From Minisyncoccota bacterium (lineage in GTDB: Bacteria; Patescibacteriota; Minisyncoccia; Phycocordibacterales; JABAAK01), in contig OZ244939.1 in NCBI GenBank assembly GCA_965222235.1, forward strand, positions 557,942 through 621,941: DNA of 64,000 bases. The letters run 5' to 3'. Shown here piece by piece: positions 1-9,092 of the stretch (positions within the stretch are counted from its first letter, which is position 1; each line of letters begins with the position of its first letter). The translations under genes and the position numbers were made by a program. The notes under the pieces are model-generated. The model had not been told where the DNA came from. It was given only the letters and a program-made list of their open reading frames with translations, and searched no databases.

Positions 1-600
1 TTTGTGAATAACAGCACCACACACTATCTCTGGCAGTGCACTGTTGACGGAGAGGATCCGACCGACTGCTCCCTGGAACGCCCCGGCCAGTGTTCCAACC
101 CGTCGGTGCTGAACCAATGCAATACCGGCAGTCTGAACGACATACCGGATTCTGACGAAAACCATCTCTGGCAGTGCACCGGTGCGGGTTCGCCGGACAA
201 CTGCTCTTTGGCACGATCAAGCTGCAGCATCCCCCTCGGTACGCTGGCAGTCGGTACCACCGTGGAGGAAACGAGAACCCTGAACAGCGACTGTACAACA
301 ATATTCCCTCCGCAAGAGGCGCCCGCGAAATTCTTTACCTTCACCTTAGCAAGTGCCGCGACAGTAACCATCGTCATAACGGAGTCAACTCAGAGTATAG
401 GCTATTACATTGACCTGTGGAGTCAGGGCACATATGACAGCACCGGAATTTATAGCTATCTCGAAGAAGAGCGCGGTAATCCTCCCCTTACTCTTACCCA
501 GCAAATTTCGGCGGCGGGAGATTACCTCTTTGAAATATCTCACAGCTCTTCGGCCACCTCCAATAGTACCATCAGCTTCACGGTAACAGTGAGCAGTTAA
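1..600 (+). CDS. 3' part (5'-truncated by window edge) of a secreted/pilin-like protein; C-terminal ~110 aa domain resembles a pre-peptidase C-terminal (PPC)-type beta domain and is paralogous to the C-terminus of the 641..4285 protein
   Basis: ORF 4..600 stays open to base 1. Its C-terminal block CSIPLGTLAVGT...EETRTLNSDCTT...AKFFTFTLASAATVTIVITEST...YYIDLW...GDYLFEI is about 70% identical to residues ~1090-1214 of the downstream 1214-aa protein. Confidence 0.5.
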   Translation, partial: FVNNSTTHYLWQCTVDGEDPTDCSLERPGQCSNPSVLNQCNTGSLNDIPDSDENHLWQCTGAGSPDNCSLARSSCSIPLGTLAVGTTVEETRTLNSDCTTIFPPQEAPAKFFTFTLASAATVTIVITESTQSIGYYIDLWSQGTYDSTGIYSYLEEERGNPPLTLTQQISAAGDYLFEISHSSSATSNSTISFTVTVSS

Positions 601-640
601 GTACCTATCGCTCCCATTTTGACGGTATACTGAGTGCAGT

Positions 641-3600
641 ATGACAAACACCCGCGGTTTTACTTTGGTTGAGATACTCGTCGCCATCTCGCTCAGTGGC
701 ATCATCATCACCGCCCTTCTCAGCGTCTTTTTTTCCTTCATTGAGTACCAGGCGTCAACACAGGAGGAACGGGACGCGCTGGAATCCGTCCGGTTCATGC
801 TCACCGACATCACGCGCGAACTGTCGTTCGGCGGCAGATATGTCTGTGACAGCACTAATTTTCCGGTGACGGAAGAAGACGGCGATACGGTTGCGGGGCA
901 GTGCAGATGCATAGCATTCACGGATCAGCTGAACCGGACGGTGAAGGTGCGGTACAACGACATCGCGGGGCGGGTTGAAAAGAGTGTGGAGGTGCTGGAC
1001 AGAAACCCGAATGTCTGCGCCGCAGTCGGACTGAGTGGCGACAGGAACACCTGGGCGCCGCTCACCGACAGCTCCATTGACATTAGGGATCTGAGATTTG
1101 AGATAGGGACGGAAACGAACAGACAGCCGCGGGTGAAGATATTTACCGAAGCCGGATACACAATTGACGGCGAGGAGGAGACCGTCACGATGAAAACACA
1201 GGTCACCAGAAGAATCATTGAACCGGGCGGTGCAGTTCTGAAAAACTTACGCATCGGTGTTGATGTGTCGGAGGCGATACAGCGCAGCTACTTCGTGTAC
1301 GCGCCATGTCCGGCCGGATCAACGACACCGCCCTGCGATCAGAGGCCGAAGCCGAGCAGCGTCTGCCAGGATGAGAACGGCAATGTGTTTGACGGCTCCG
1401 CTCTGTGTGACATCGCGCACCGTCCCGTCGCGGTTGAATTCACGACTGAGGGGTTGTATGTGCTCGTAGACAGCGGCCTCATATTCTTCATACCGAATGC
1501 GGTACTTGACGGTTCGGACGGCGCGCTCAGGGCGACGGGGAAGATAGTCACCGAAGCCGGTACGGTCACGACCGAAGCAAAATATGTCACCGCGAAAAGT
1601 ATTAACAATACCGTGCAGCGGGTGGTAGGGAAAGGAACATCGGGGGGGTGCCGCCGCTGTAATAATGATCCGCACAGCATCATCTCCCTGCATCCGAGGC
1701 AGGGAAATATATCGGCCCTCGGCAATGACGGTTCGCTATACATCGTACCGCCCCCGCCCAATGCGGATAACGATCCGTGGTTTGCCGAACGCCTGCTCTC
1801 GGGCAGCCTGTCGTCAGGATCGGCGCGATATGTTGACACCGATTCCGGCACGAATCGGGGGAAGAAAACGCTCTCGCTATTCACCAAGTCGGACGGCACG
1901 GCCGTGTTGCGTTTGTTTCAGGGTGCCGTCGGCACGGCCCAGGTGACCGGATCATGCACTGATTTCAACTATGTACCGCTCAATCTGGGCACGACATGCA
2001 GGCAGTTGTGGCCGGATCCGGACACCCCGCATATCCCGAATATATCGCCGTCGGAAATCAATGACACTTTTTCCGGACCAAACAGCATTCCGCTCTCGTT
2101 CATTGACCGCCTGCAGGTGATCAATGAGACGGTGCATCTGTGGTATGCCGACAACACGGGCAAACATCTGCTGTCTATCGGACAAAGCGCGGTGAAAAAG
2201 AAGCGGAACGACAGCGGAAATAAGAGCGGGCTTGATTACCTGTTGGTTACCGGAAAGAAACTCGCCCACTACAACGGGGTGAGCGGGTATACATTCATAT
2301 GTGACGGTGACGGGGCGCTGTGTGCGATTGATTCAATTAATGACACCACCTTTAACACCGCGCGGAACAAGATAGCACTGAGCAGTGATATCGGCAAAAT
2401 TGAGGATCATTTACACTTTAAGAACTATCCTGTCGGTGTCAGCAACAAGGGCCGTCTGCTGTACTTCACCGGTATCAATACGGCGGTGAACGATGTGCAT
2501 GAGGCGCCGGTGTATAACAATCCGCTGCCGACATCGTCGGAAACGCGGATTCTCTGCAACGTGGAGGCATATAACCACAGCAATTCCAATGCACAGCCGC
2601 AGGACTACGATCAACAGGTGTCATTTGAATACATATCGGAAAAACATCCGACAAAAGATATGGTCGCTCTCATCGGTAAAGTGTTTGATGTGAACACCAG
2701 CGGTGCCGTGCATGAGATATATCTCCTACAGCCGACAGCGCGGGGGAGCAGAAAGCAGTTTGTTGAGAATGAACTGGAGGAGCTGTGTAATACTGAGCAT
2801 GTTGAACGGTTCCATTTGCCGAACGGTAACGGCGGCCCCGCACTTGATATTGTTCGCCTCACCGGCGTGCGATTTGTTGATGCGAAGGACATTGCTAATG
2901 AGGATGAACCGGTGCCCTGTAATGCAAGTTACCTTGGCAACTGCACGCTTCTCGCCACCGGTCACAATCAGTCCGCGACCAGGTCCTGCACCTCAGGTTC
3001 AGGATCCTGTTCCGGCACGTGCAGCAACGGTGCGTGGACGGGGATAAGCAACAGCTGCACCTCAAGCTGTGACGGAAGGACAACAAACAACTGCGATCTT
3101 GACGGGACCGACCACGGTCTGTCCGACGGAAACTGTACCGCCGGCTACACCGGCAACTGTTCTTACATCTGCAGCAATGCTCAGTGGCAGGAATCAAGCA
3201 ATACCTGTACCGCGGTGCCGGTCACTCCTGATCCGGAGAGCTGCGACGCCGGCACAGTGGGCATATGCACATTCTCTTCGGAAGGAAATCACGGTGACTC
3301 CGGTGTGTCCGGATCCTGTACCGCCGGCTACACCGGATCCTGTACCGGCTCCTGCAGCGACGGCAGCTGGAGCGTGACAGGCAATACCTGTACCGCGGTG
3401 CCGGTCACTCCTGATCCGGAGAGCTGCGATGCCGGCACAGTGGGCACATGCACATTCTCTTCGGAAGGAAATCACGGTGATTCCGGTGTGTCCGGATCCT
3501 GTACTGCCGGCTACACCGGCTCCTGTACCGGCTCCTGCAGCGACGGCAGCTGGAGCGTGACAAGCAATACCTGCATCACTGAACCGACATCCTGTAATAC

Positions 3601-4285
3601 AAATCCTCTTAGCAACTGCACGCTTCTCGCCACCGGTCACAATCAGTCCGCGACCAGGTCCTGCACCTCAGGTTCAGGATCCTGTTCCGGCACGTGCAGC
3701 AACGGTGCGTGGACGGGGATAAGCAACAGCTGCACCTCAAGCTGTGACGGAAGGACAACAAACAACTGCGATCTTGACGGGACCGACCACGGTCTGTCCG
3801 ACGGAAACTGTACCGCCGGCTACACCGGCAACTGTTCTTACATCTGCAGCAATGCTCAGTGGCAGGAATCAAGCAATACCTGTGAACAAAATGATTTATC
3901 ATCAGGCTGCAGCATCCCCCTCGGTACGCTGGTAGCCGGTACCCCCGCGGAGGAAACGAGAACCCTGAACAGCGATTGTACAACAGTCTTCCCTCCACAG
4001 CAGCAACCCGCGAAATTCTTTACCTTCACCTTAGCAAGCGCCGCGACAGTTACCATCGTCATAACGGAGTCAACCCCGAATACAAACTATTACATTGACC
4101 TATGGAATCAGGCCACATTTGATGCCGGCGGAGTCTATCTTTATCTCAGAGAAGTGGCCGGCCTTCCTCCCGTTACTCTTACCTGGCAACTTCCGGCGGG
4201 AGACTACCTCTTTGAAATAGCTCACACTCCTGTGGGCCTCATCAGATCCAGCACCCTCAACCTCTCGGTAACGGTGAGTGAATAA
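641..4285 (+). CDS. Very large type IV pilin-like (prepilin-type N-terminal cleavage/methylation) surface protein with Cys-rich tandem repeats and a C-terminal PPC-like domain
   Basis: The N-terminus MTNTRGFTLVEILVAISLSGIIITALL carries the classic G|FTLxE prepilin motif followed by a hydrophobic helix. The Cys-rich modules are repeated in an A-B-B-A order. The C-terminal domain is paralogous to ORF 1..600. Confidence 0.75.
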   Translation: MTNTRGFTLVEILVAISLSGIIITALLSVFFSFIEYQASTQEERDALESVRFMLTDITRELSFGGRYVCDSTNFPVTEEDGDTVAGQCRCIAFTDQLNRTVKVRYNDIAGRVEKSVEVLDRNPNVCAAVGLSGDRNTWAPLTDSSIDIRDLRFEIGTETNRQPRVKIFTEAGYTIDGEEETVTMKTQVTRRIIEPGGAVLKNLRIGVDVSEAIQRSYFVYAPCPAGSTTPPCDQRPKPSSVCQDENGNVFDGSALCDIAHRPVAVEFTTEGLYVLVDSGLIFFIPNAVLDGSDGALRATGKIVTEAGTVTTEAKYVTAKSINNTVQRVVGKGTSGGCRRCNNDPHSIISLHPRQGNISALGNDGSLYIVPPPPNADNDPWFAERLLSGSLSSGSARYVDTDSGTNRGKKTLSLFTKSDGTAVLRLFQGAVGTAQVTGSCTDFNYVPLNLGTTCRQLWPDPDTPHIPNISPSEINDTFSGPNSIPLSFIDRLQVINETVHLWYADNTGKHLLSIGQSAVKKKRNDSGNKSGLDYLLVTGKKLAHYNGVSGYTFICDGDGALCAIDSINDTTFNTARNKIALSSDIGKIEDHLHFKNYPVGVSNKGRLLYFTGINTAVNDVHEAPVYNNPLPTSSETRILCNVEAYNHSNSNAQPQDYDQQVSFEYISEKHPTKDMVALIGKVFDVNTSGAVHEIYLLQPTARGSRKQFVENELEELCNTEHVERFHLPNGNGGPALDIVRLTGVRFVDAKDIANEDEPVPCNASYLGNCTLLATGHNQSATRSCTSGSGSCSGTCSNGAWTGISNSCTSSCDGRTTNNCDLDGTDHGLSDGNCTAGYTGNCSYICSNAQWQESSNTCTAVPVTPDPESCDAGTVGICTFSSEGNHGDSGVSGSCTAGYTGSCTGSCSDGSWSVTGNTCTAVPVTPDPESCDAGTVGTCTFSSEGNHGDSGVSGSCTAGYTGSCTGSCSDGSWSVTSNTCITEPTSCNTNPLSNCTLLATGHNQSATRSCTSGSGSCSGTCSNGAWTGISNSCTSSCDGRTTNNCDLDGTDHGLSDGNCTAGYTGNCSYICSNAQWQESSNTCEQNDLSSGCSIPLGTLVAGTPAEETRTLNSDCTTVFPPQQQPAKFFTFTLASAATVTIVITESTPNTNYYIDLWNQATFDAGGVYLYLREVAGLPPVTLTWQLPAGDYLFEIAHTPVGLIRSSTLNLSVTVSE
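2931..3890 (+). repeat. Internal coding repeats in A-B-B-A arrangement: A unit ~285 bp at ~2931-3215 and ~3606-3890; B unit 186 bp in tandem at ~3206-3392 and ~3392-3578
   Basis: The protein blocks are near-identical: NCTLLATGHNQSATRSCTSGSGSCSGTCSNGAWTGISNSCTSSCDGRTTNNCDLDGTDHGLSDGNCTAGYTGNCSYICSNAQWQESSNTC occurs twice, and TAVPVTPDPESCDAGTVG(I/T)CTFSSEGNHGDSGVSGSCTAGYTGSCTGSCSDGSWSVT(G/S)NTC occurs twice. The nucleotide identity is visible in the sequence. Confidence 0.8.
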
Positions 4286-4332
4286 CGCACAGGAAAACAT
4301 TCGCACGCATATATGCCGGGTATCATGTATGC

Positions 4333-5142
4333 ATGCTGTATGAGATAATCATCTCGCCGCCCTGGCTGATACTTATCATGTGTGTCGCGCTGTTTTTCTT
4401 CGGTGCGACGGTGGCCAGTTTTTTTGATGTCGTTCGCCTGCGGAAATCGTGGCGGCATTCGCTCCGCGGCAGATCGCACTGCGCCTCCTGTCGGAAAACG
4501 CTGACCTGGCGTGAACTGGTACCGATTCTGTCGTACCTGTCGCTGCGGGGAAAGTGCGCTTCCTGCAGTGCGTCCATTCCCGTGTACCATCTGTGCGCCG
4601 AGATACTGTCGGGCGCACTGTTCATATATATATTCCTCTTCGCGGATTCACTGTTCACCATCGGCATCGGCGTGCTTTCCGCGGTCTTTCTGGTCCCGAT
4701 TGTGCTTGAGGATATAGAGAGGATGGAGGTGCCGGAACATTTTTCGGTGCCGTTTGCGTACAGTGCGCTCGGCATCGCCGTCGCGGTGATGCTGCAGACC
4801 GGCGACATCACGCCCGCGATGAGCGCCGTGCTGCTTGCTGCCCCTTTCTACATCCTGTGGCTGTGCACGGGCGGACGGGCGATGGGTCTCGGTGATGCCA
4901 AGGTGGCAATTGCGCTCGGTATGCTGCTGCCGTCGCTCCTCGGCGCGGTGTCCGTCTTCATCTTCACTTTCTGGCTGGGGACCCTCGGCGTGCTCGGATA
5001 CATGGCGTACAAAAAAATCAGCACCGGACGGTACGGCATTGTGAAGCACATGCACATGCCGCTGGTGCCCGCCATGGCCGCCGCATATTTCATCGTTCTC
5101 ATCAACGGCACCTCCGTTCTGGATATACTCACACTGTTCTGA
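4333..5142 (+). CDS. pilD: Prepilin (type IV pilin leader) peptidase, A24 family
   Basis: The N-terminal zinc-binding CxxC...CxxC motif (CASCRKTL ... RGKCASCSASIP), the multi-TM body and a conserved acidic region are typical of PilD/GspO. The gene lies immediately downstream of the prepilin-type protein. Confidence 0.75.
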   Translation: MLYEIIISPPWLILIMCVALFFFGATVASFFDVVRLRKSWRHSLRGRSHCASCRKTLTWRELVPILSYLSLRGKCASCSASIPVYHLCAEILSGALFIYIFLFADSLFTIGIGVLSAVFLVPIVLEDIERMEVPEHFSVPFAYSALGIAVAVMLQTGDITPAMSAVLLAAPFYILWLCTGGRAMGLGDAKVAIALGMLLPSLLGAVSVFIFTFWLGTLGVLGYMAYKKISTGRYGIVKHMHMPLVPAMAAAYFIVLINGTSVLDILTLF

Positions 5143-5185
5143 TGCTTTGTCAGGTACGAGGTGCCTGTGCTACACTGACACCATT

Positions 5186-5262
5186 GCTGCGGTAGCTCAG
5201 CCCGGTTAGAGCGCCTGCCTGTCACGCAGGAGGTCGCGGGTTCAACTCCCGTCCGCAGCGCC
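5186..5262 (+). tRNA. tRNA-Asp (anticodon GTC)
   Basis: A cloverleaf can be read by hand. The acceptor stem is gctgcgg/ccgcagc, the D-arm gctc-agcccggtta-gagc, the anticodon stem cctgc/gcagg with loop ctGTCac, and the T-arm gcggg-ttcaact-cccgt, with discriminator g. Confidence 0.85.
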
Positions 5263-5496
5263 CTTCTGTGTGGACGAAGTAATGGAACAGCCACATTCAG
5301 CACACTTCAAAAGATTTCTATATGGATGCTGTTTAGTTACCTGTTTCTTTTGTGGTTTACCCCGCTGTTCCATTATGAGATGGCATGCATCAAAAAGTTT
5401 CTTGGTAATGATTGGCTTATATGTGCCTTCGTGCGTTTCGTCATTCCATTGTACTACAGATATCGAATCAAATGCTTTTTGTAGTGATGTACCTCT
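5263..5496 (-). pseudogene. Internal fragment (zinc-ribbon region) of a large serine recombinase gene, fused directly to the 3' end of tRNA-Asp and truncated at the other side by an R-element
   Basis: The minus-strand translation ...HEGTYKPIITKKLFDACHLIMEQRGKPQKKQVTKQHPYRNLLKCAECGCSITSSTQKG matches residues ~255-300 of the recombinase at 24772 (ELYEGTHKPLITKKLFDKVQHVLTDKSRPKTRLKTPHAFRGLLLCAHCDCSITSSVQKG). The reading frame runs straight into the tRNA 3' end. Confidence 0.6.
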
Positions 5497-5758
5497 GGGC
5501 GCCCCTAATGAGATAGCACGTGAACTGGTAATTATTTTCGATCTGTTTTTTGATATTCAACCCTTATGCTCGCTCCTGTTTTTGTTTGCCTTTCAAATTC
5601 TCGCCAAAGGCGAGAAAGTGGGGGCAGGACTTAAAATGAAAACAAAAACAGGAGCTCGCAAATTTTGTGTCAGCACCTTTCTTTTGCCTTTCTCTGCGCG
5701 CAGAGCGCGCAAAGGGGTCGGCGGTAAAATGAAAAAGAAAAGTGGTCTGACACAAAAT
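5497..5758. repeat. R-element copy, left arm of the inverted-repeat pair around RM cassette 1; contains a nested internal palindrome
   Basis: Bases 5497-5596 and 5690-5758 are the reverse complement of 9093-9250 (ggcgcccctaatgagatagcacgtgaactgg ... gcctttctctgcgcgcagagcgcgcaaagggg...taaaatgaaaaag). The extra ~95 bp in the left arm contains a palindrome (gctcgctcctgtttttgtttgcc / aaaacaaaaacaggagctcgc). This copy is homologous to the R-family body elsewhere, for example 24233-24330. Confidence 0.7.
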
Positions 5759-5864
5759 GTTTTCAACAGGCATTCTCTGTAAATACCCTGATTCTACTCT
5801 TTATTTTTTTGGTTTTTGGTGTATTTACTTATTGTGCTATTTTTCCTTGTTATATTTATATTAT

Positions 5865-6944
5865 ATGCCTCTAATGTTCAGCAAGATCATTAAAGATGAT
5901 TGTGTGGCGGCACTGAGGAAGATTAAAGAAGAATCAGTTGATTTGATTTTTGCTGATCCACCATACAATCTACAACTTGGCGGTGAACTATTCAGACCGA
6001 ATAATACAAAAGTTGATGGTGTTGATGACGCATGGGATAAATTTACAGATCTTAAAGAGTATGATAAATTCACAGTGAACTGGTTGCAAGAATCTAAAAG
6101 AGTGTTGAAACCCAATGGAACCCTTTGGGTTATTGGCTCTTACCATAACATCTATAGAGTTGGTTCAATATTACAAGATCTAGATTTTTGGATACTCAAT
6201 GATGTCGTGTGGATTAAATCTAATCCTATGCCAAATTTTAAAGGCACTAGGTTCAATAATGCGCATGAAACACTGCTGTGGGTTTCTAAGGACAAAAACG
6301 CTAAGTTTACGTTTAACTACAAGACAATGAAAACATCTAATGATGATAAACAGATGCGCAGTGACTGGGTGATTCCTATATGCTCTGGGAAGGAAAGAAT
6401 TAAAACACGTGACGGAGAGAAAGCACATTCAACACAGAAGCCAGAGGAGTTGTTAAAGAGAGTAATTATTTCTTCATCAAAACAAGGTGATGTGGTTCTT
6501 GATCCATTTTTAGGGAGCGGAACCACAGGCGCTGTTGCGAAAATGCTTAACAGGAGTTTTATTGGCATAGAGAGAGAGGAGAAATACATTACAGTTGCAA
6601 AAGAACGAATTAAGAAGGTGAAACGGTACAATGAGGAGTACACGGTAAACTTTCAGGAGGTACCCAAGCCAAGGGTCCCTTTTGGTAATCTTGTAGAAAG
6701 TAATTATATTAAAGTTGGTGTGAAATTATACTCAAAGGATAAAAAACACTGGGCAAAGGTAATGGCTGACGGAACTTTGAAGAATGGGAAGTATTTTGGC
6801 TCTATTCATAAGGTGAGTGCAGAAATGCTTGAACGGGAAAGCAATAATGGTTGGATCTTTTGGAATGTTCAAAAAAATGGTAAATTGGTAAGTATAGACA
6901 GTCTGCGTGAGTTATATTTTCAGGAGACAACTCTAGCAGGATAA
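5865..6944 (+). CDS. DNA methyltransferase, beta-class (N6-adenine or N4-cytosine; DPPY before FxGxG), with a ~120-aa C-terminal extension
   Basis: It has ...SVDLIFADPPYNL (motif IV) early and DPFLGSGTTG (motif I) late. The ORF track gives 5757..6944, but the first 36 codons lie in the R-element. The likely start is MPLMFSKIIKDD at ~5865. The gene is AT-rich relative to its flanks. Confidence 0.85.
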   Translation: MPLMFSKIIKDDCVAALRKIKEESVDLIFADPPYNLQLGGELFRPNNTKVDGVDDAWDKFTDLKEYDKFTVNWLQESKRVLKPNGTLWVIGSYHNIYRVGSILQDLDFWILNDVVWIKSNPMPNFKGTRFNNAHETLLWVSKDKNAKFTFNYKTMKTSNDDKQMRSDWVIPICSGKERIKTRDGEKAHSTQKPEELLKRVIISSSKQGDVVLDPFLGSGTTGAVAKMLNRSFIGIEREEKYITVAKERIKKVKRYNEEYTVNFQEVPKPRVPFGNLVESNYIKVGVKLYSKDKKHWAKVMADGTLKNGKYFGSIHKVSAEMLERESNNGWIFWNVQKNGKLVSIDSLRELYFQETTLAG

Positions 6945-6952
6945 AAGGGTAT

Positions 6953-8140
6953 ATGGCACGAATACGAAACGCAAAAGAAAGTCATGAAAGTGGCTACGAG
7001 AGAATATTAGGAGATAAAGAAATTTCAAATCTCATTACAAAAATTCATGCAACGATGATTAGTGCAGGATCTGAACTTGAGCGGTTACTGTATGAGGAAG
7101 CAAAAAATAAAATAGAGGACGGAGAAGACCTTGACGCTTATTTTAAGGGGAACAAGGAGTTTCCAGAAAATGATGGCATATATCTTGTTAATAAGAGAAC
7201 AATTAAAAAATCAAAAGCACTGAAATCAGACAAGGAACCTGATTTTTTAGGTGTAGATTTTAAAAAAAGCACCCTCTATATCATTGAGGTGAAAGACGGA
7301 GAAAACTTTGATACTAAAAAGTCCAGTGTTGAGCATGAGAATTTAATTAGTTATAGGGACTTTATTGCTCATAAAATACCATTTTCGTCAGTCATTTACA
7401 TCTGCCTGTTTAATACTAAAGATAAAGACAGAGCATCCAAGGCAGGGCTGAAGAGTAAATTTTCAAAAGAGGAAATCATAACTGGAAAAGAGTTTTGTGA
7501 TCTGTTCAACATAGATTTTAACCGTATTCAGAAAAGGCGAGAAGAAGATGTAAAAGATAATCTAAGATTTATTATAGAGAACGTAAAGCAGTGGTTGAGA
7601 AAATATATAAAACCTGTAAGAGAAGAAAGTGATCTTAGAAAGATGTGGGATGATCTTATAAGCAAGAACGGTTACGCAATTGTAAATTATGGTGAATGGT
7701 TCGCCATTAAGAATGAATTTAAACAGTGGGGGTCTGAGAAGCAAAAAGTGCGCATAGTGGCGCAAGCAAATGCTGGAGAGGCATTGTATGCGCCGGAAGC
7801 AGATTTGTTAGGATACCTTTTCTTTGATGATATGAAAAAGGTTGATATACAAAATGACTATGCGATACGGGTTGACGGTGACTCTATGAACAAAAGAAAG
7901 ATAAATGGTAAGTATATAGAGAATAGTGATTATGTACTTGTTCAATCGGATACTCCGCCAGAAGAAGGAGATGTGGTAGTGTCACTTGTAAACGGTGGGG
8001 TGAATATAAAGGAGGTTTATAGAGAAAACGAAGACGTGATATTGCGATCTCAGTCAAAGAGTGCCGGGTACGAAGACATACGGGTGAGAGAAGACGATTA
8101 CACCTATCTGGGCAGGGCAATTGATGTTTTTAAGGTGTAG
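6953..8140 (+). CDS. Putative restriction endonuclease (PD-(D/E)xK fold) fused to a C-terminal LexA/UmuD-like S24 serine autopeptidase domain
   Basis: The start lies 9 nt after the MTase stop on the same strand. The N-terminal part has EPDFLGVDF-x8-IIEVKDGE, the PD...ExK spacing of type II REases. The C-terminal ~130 aa align to the LexA C-terminal domain: an Ala-Gly (QANAG|EAL) lies 36 residues before VDGDSM (Ser nucleophile), and the Lys in GVNIKEV lies 42 residues after the Ser. The same spacing in LexA is 34 and 37 residues. Confidence 0.6.
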   Translation: MARIRNAKESHESGYERILGDKEISNLITKIHATMISAGSELERLLYEEAKNKIEDGEDLDAYFKGNKEFPENDGIYLVNKRTIKKSKALKSDKEPDFLGVDFKKSTLYIIEVKDGENFDTKKSSVEHENLISYRDFIAHKIPFSSVIYICLFNTKDKDRASKAGLKSKFSKEEIITGKEFCDLFNIDFNRIQKRREEDVKDNLRFIIENVKQWLRKYIKPVREESDLRKMWDDLISKNGYAIVNYGEWFAIKNEFKQWGSEKQKVRIVAQANAGEALYAPEADLLGYLFFDDMKKVDIQNDYAIRVDGDSMNKRKINGKYIENSDYVLVQSDTPPEEGDVVVSLVNGGVNIKEVYRENEDVILRSQSKSAGYEDIRVREDDYTYLGRAIDVFKV

Positions 8141-8211
8141 AGACGGGTCAGTTAATATTTTTTAACATTGTGGGTGTGGAGATGGTTTGATACACTGATC
8201 AATATTAAAGA

Positions 8212-9024
8212 TTGCACATGACTTCTAACTCAAGCAAAATATTGCAAATTAATTTTTTGCACCAAGATATACAAAAGCATTGTTCAGGTTATCGCAAATC
8301 GGAGGAATATAGGGATTGTGCAAAGAAGGCGTTTGATTTGGTACGTGATAGGTATCGGGAAAAATTTGGCAGTGAAATTGTACCCAAGGAATTTTTAAAA
8401 GTATATTACATAAAAGGCACGCGAGGTTCTAGCGGTAGTGAAGAAGATAAAAATTTTCAGAAAGGGTGTGAGTATGTATTGCGCTCAGTTAATAATTTTA
8501 GGCATGAAGTAGAGCACACAGATTCCACCACACCTATGACAAAAAAAGATGCTATGCACCATTTATGTTTATGTAGTATGGCTCTTAATTTTTTAGATCA
8601 AATGGAGCACTATCCAAATAATACACATCCGTTTACACGAAATGACTATAAGAAAGAAAAGATGAGCGGATCAATTAAATTTAACTATAGCAACAACAAT
8701 GGTGAATATCGTATCGGTAAGGATTTACATGCTTTTACTGTAAAGGTTAGTTCTTGTAGTGAAAATTCTTTATACGTATATCACGATCCAGAGTTGATAA
8801 AGGGAGTGGGATTGATATTTAAGAGATGTAAAGATTTGAAGACCCTAAACGAGAAAGCATTAAAAACAATTGATATGAGTTCAAGGTGTAGGAGGATGAC
8901 AGTGGAAAATACATGTATTCTTCTAAACTTAAATAATATGTATGTCGCACTAAATTTAGAAAGTGCAGAACGTGAATGTGGTCACATTGCTATTATAGAG
9001 TATCAAATATTGCCTAAAGGGTAG
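8212..9024 (+). CDS. Hypothetical protein, third gene of RM cassette 1; contains an Rx4HxH (HEPN-like) motif
   Basis: This is a 270-aa AT-rich ORF. The motif NNFRHEVEHTD fits the HEPN Rx4-6H signature, and no other fold was recognised. It is co-directional with, and immediately downstream of, the nuclease-S24 gene. Confidence 0.45.
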   Translation: MHMTSNSSKILQINFLHQDIQKHCSGYRKSEEYRDCAKKAFDLVRDRYREKFGSEIVPKEFLKVYYIKGTRGSSGSEEDKNFQKGCEYVLRSVNNFRHEVEHTDSTTPMTKKDAMHHLCLCSMALNFLDQMEHYPNNTHPFTRNDYKKEKMSGSIKFNYSNNNGEYRIGKDLHAFTVKVSSCSENSLYVYHDPELIKGVGLIFKRCKDLKTLNEKALKTIDMSSRCRRMTVENTCILLNLNNMYVALNLESAERECGHIAIIEYQILPKG

Positions 9025-9092
9025 CGTAAGGAAATTCGCAAGCGTGATTGTATAAAGATTAATCACGCTTGCGAATTGCAGTTTAGGCAGAT

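Noticed and set aside
4848-5303. 151-aa minus-strand ORF overlapping the prepilin peptidase 3' end and tRNA-Asp
   Set aside because: It is antisense to a well-supported CDS and to a tRNA. Only its far end (5263-5303) carries the recombinase-fragment frame, which is reported separately.
5270-5782. 170-aa ORF on + strand (and mirror ORF 9194..9676 on -)
   Set aside because: It lies entirely inside the R-element inverted-repeat arms. The shared peptide (GxPNEIARELV) simply reflects the inverted nucleotide repeat, and the ORF has no start context or homology.
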